NCBI RefSeq assembly: GCF_009914755.1
Contig: NC_060929.1
Reading direction: 5' to 3' (one strand)
Length of the DNA: 64,000 bases
From: the human T2T-CHM13v2.0 reference genome, Homo sapiens
Below are positions 62,631-64,000 of the stretch, piece by piece. The notes below the pieces were generated by a model. That model worked only from the letters and a program-made list of their open reading frames with translations. It was not told where the DNA came from and ran no database searches. The translations under genes and the position numbers were made by a program. Each line of letters starts with the position of its first letter. The stretch's first letter is position 1.

Positions 62631-62664
62631 TATGTGTTCCATATTTTAAAATTAGATGAGCGAT

Positions 62665-63800
62665 TTCAACACATGGTGCTGGAACACTTGGATATCCATA
62701 TGCAAAAAAATAAAATGAATTTCAATCCATATCTTGCACCATATACAAAAATTAACTCAAAATGGATCATATAAAAAATTAAAAATAAATGGATCATAGA
62801 CCCAAATGTAAAACCTAAAACTATAAAACTTCTAGAAGAAACCATAGAAGAAAATCTTTGTGACTTTGGGTTATGCAAAGATTTCTTAGCTACAACACCA
62901 AAAGCACAATCCATAAAATTAAAAAATCGATAAATTGGATTTAATTAAAAGCAAAAATTTCTGCTGTTTGAAAGATATTTTTAAGAGAAGAGATTGAAAA
63001 GACAAGCCATAGACTAGGAGAAAGTATTTTCAAAGCACATAAAAGGTAACATATTTGTATGCAGAATACATCATTTTTTAAAAGCTCTTAAAACATAATG
63101 ATAAAAAAATTAAATGATGAGCAAAATATCTGAACAGACATTTCACCACAGATGTATATGAGTGGCAAGTAATTGTATGAAAAAATGCTCAACATTGTTA
63201 GTCATTAGGGAAAGACAAATTAAAACCAATGAGATGCCACCACTTACCTACAGAGTAAAAGGAAAGACCATACCAAGAATCAGTGAGCATATGGAGAAAC
63301 TGGAACTCTCATACACCACTGGTAAGGATGTAAAATGATGCAACCACTTTGGAAAATAGTTTGGCAGTTTCTTAAAAAGTTAAACTGGCCAAGAAAAATG
63401 AAAGCATATGTCTGTATGAAGACTTGTACCTAATTGCTCATAGTAGCTTTATTTATAATATCCAAAAGCTGGGAACAACCTAAGTGTCTATTAACAAGTG
63501 AATGAATAAATGCATTGTTATATATGCATACAATGGGAAGCTATTCATCAGTAAAAAGGAATGAAGAATTGATACATGCAACGTGGACGAATCTCAAAAT
63601 AATTATGCTGAGTGAAATAAGGCAAACCAAAAAAGTGCATACTGTATGATTCCATTTACATAAAATTCTTTAAAATGCAAAGGAATCTATAGTGACAAAA
63701 AGCAGATCTGTGGTTGCATGGGGATGGGGAAAGAAGTGGGAGGGAGGCACTACAAAAGTATCTTGATTATGTTGATGGTTTCATGGGTATATAGATACAT
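62665..63800 (+). mobile_element. L1MC/MD-type ORF2 end plus 3'UTR
   Basis: ATGGTGCTGGAACA..AAAACTTCTAGAAGAAA..GAATCTCAAAATAATTATGCTGAGTGAAA. Confidence 0.88.
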
Positions 63801-64000
63801 CAAAAATAATAAATAAAACATAAATTTGACTAGAGATTCTAGAAGTCTGTGGTCTAACCTGATTTCCTCTCCCTCCTACACCTTACTGGGATAACTCAAC
63901 CCCTCATTGATTAACTGTTGGATCTCAAAGCAAAAGCTTATAGATGGATTTCCAAAACTTTGCAAAAATGAGATACAATAAAAATTGTTTTGTTTTGTTT

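Overview
AT-rich primate (most likely human) genomic DNA with no intact protein-coding gene. Most long ORFs in the track are L1, Alu or VNTR artefacts; several short minus-strand ones overlap fossil exons. Roughly half of the window is interspersed repeats: one full-length L1PA, truncated L1PA/L1M pieces, four Alus, L2/MIR/L3, MaLR/ERVL LTRs, and hAT, Tigger and Mariner DNA transposons. The main finding is that the non-repeat DNA appears to be a heavily decayed tandem array of cytokine-receptor genes, all on the minus strand. Hand translation recovers colinear exon remnants, many with surviving splice sites and the expected intron phases. They are: an IL31RA-like Ig-less gp130-family receptor (~41.2-55.1 kb); an IL6ST/gp130-like receptor traceable from the Ig domain to the cytoplasmic tail (~14.6-21.0 kb); an IL12RB2-like receptor (~22.6-24.3 kb); a further WSXWS receptor (~10.1-12.4 kb); a four-FN3 IFNAR1-like class II receptor (~0.6-6.9 kb); and two weaker 3' ends of tall receptors (~26.7-27.5 kb, ~29.6-30.2 kb). 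All comparisons to human proteins were made by eye from memory and need profile-search confirmation. Other notable items are a probable L1 3' transduction, a twin-primed old L1, a 152-bp dispersed duplication, and a 25-bp VNTR beside a GC/ETS-rich patch.
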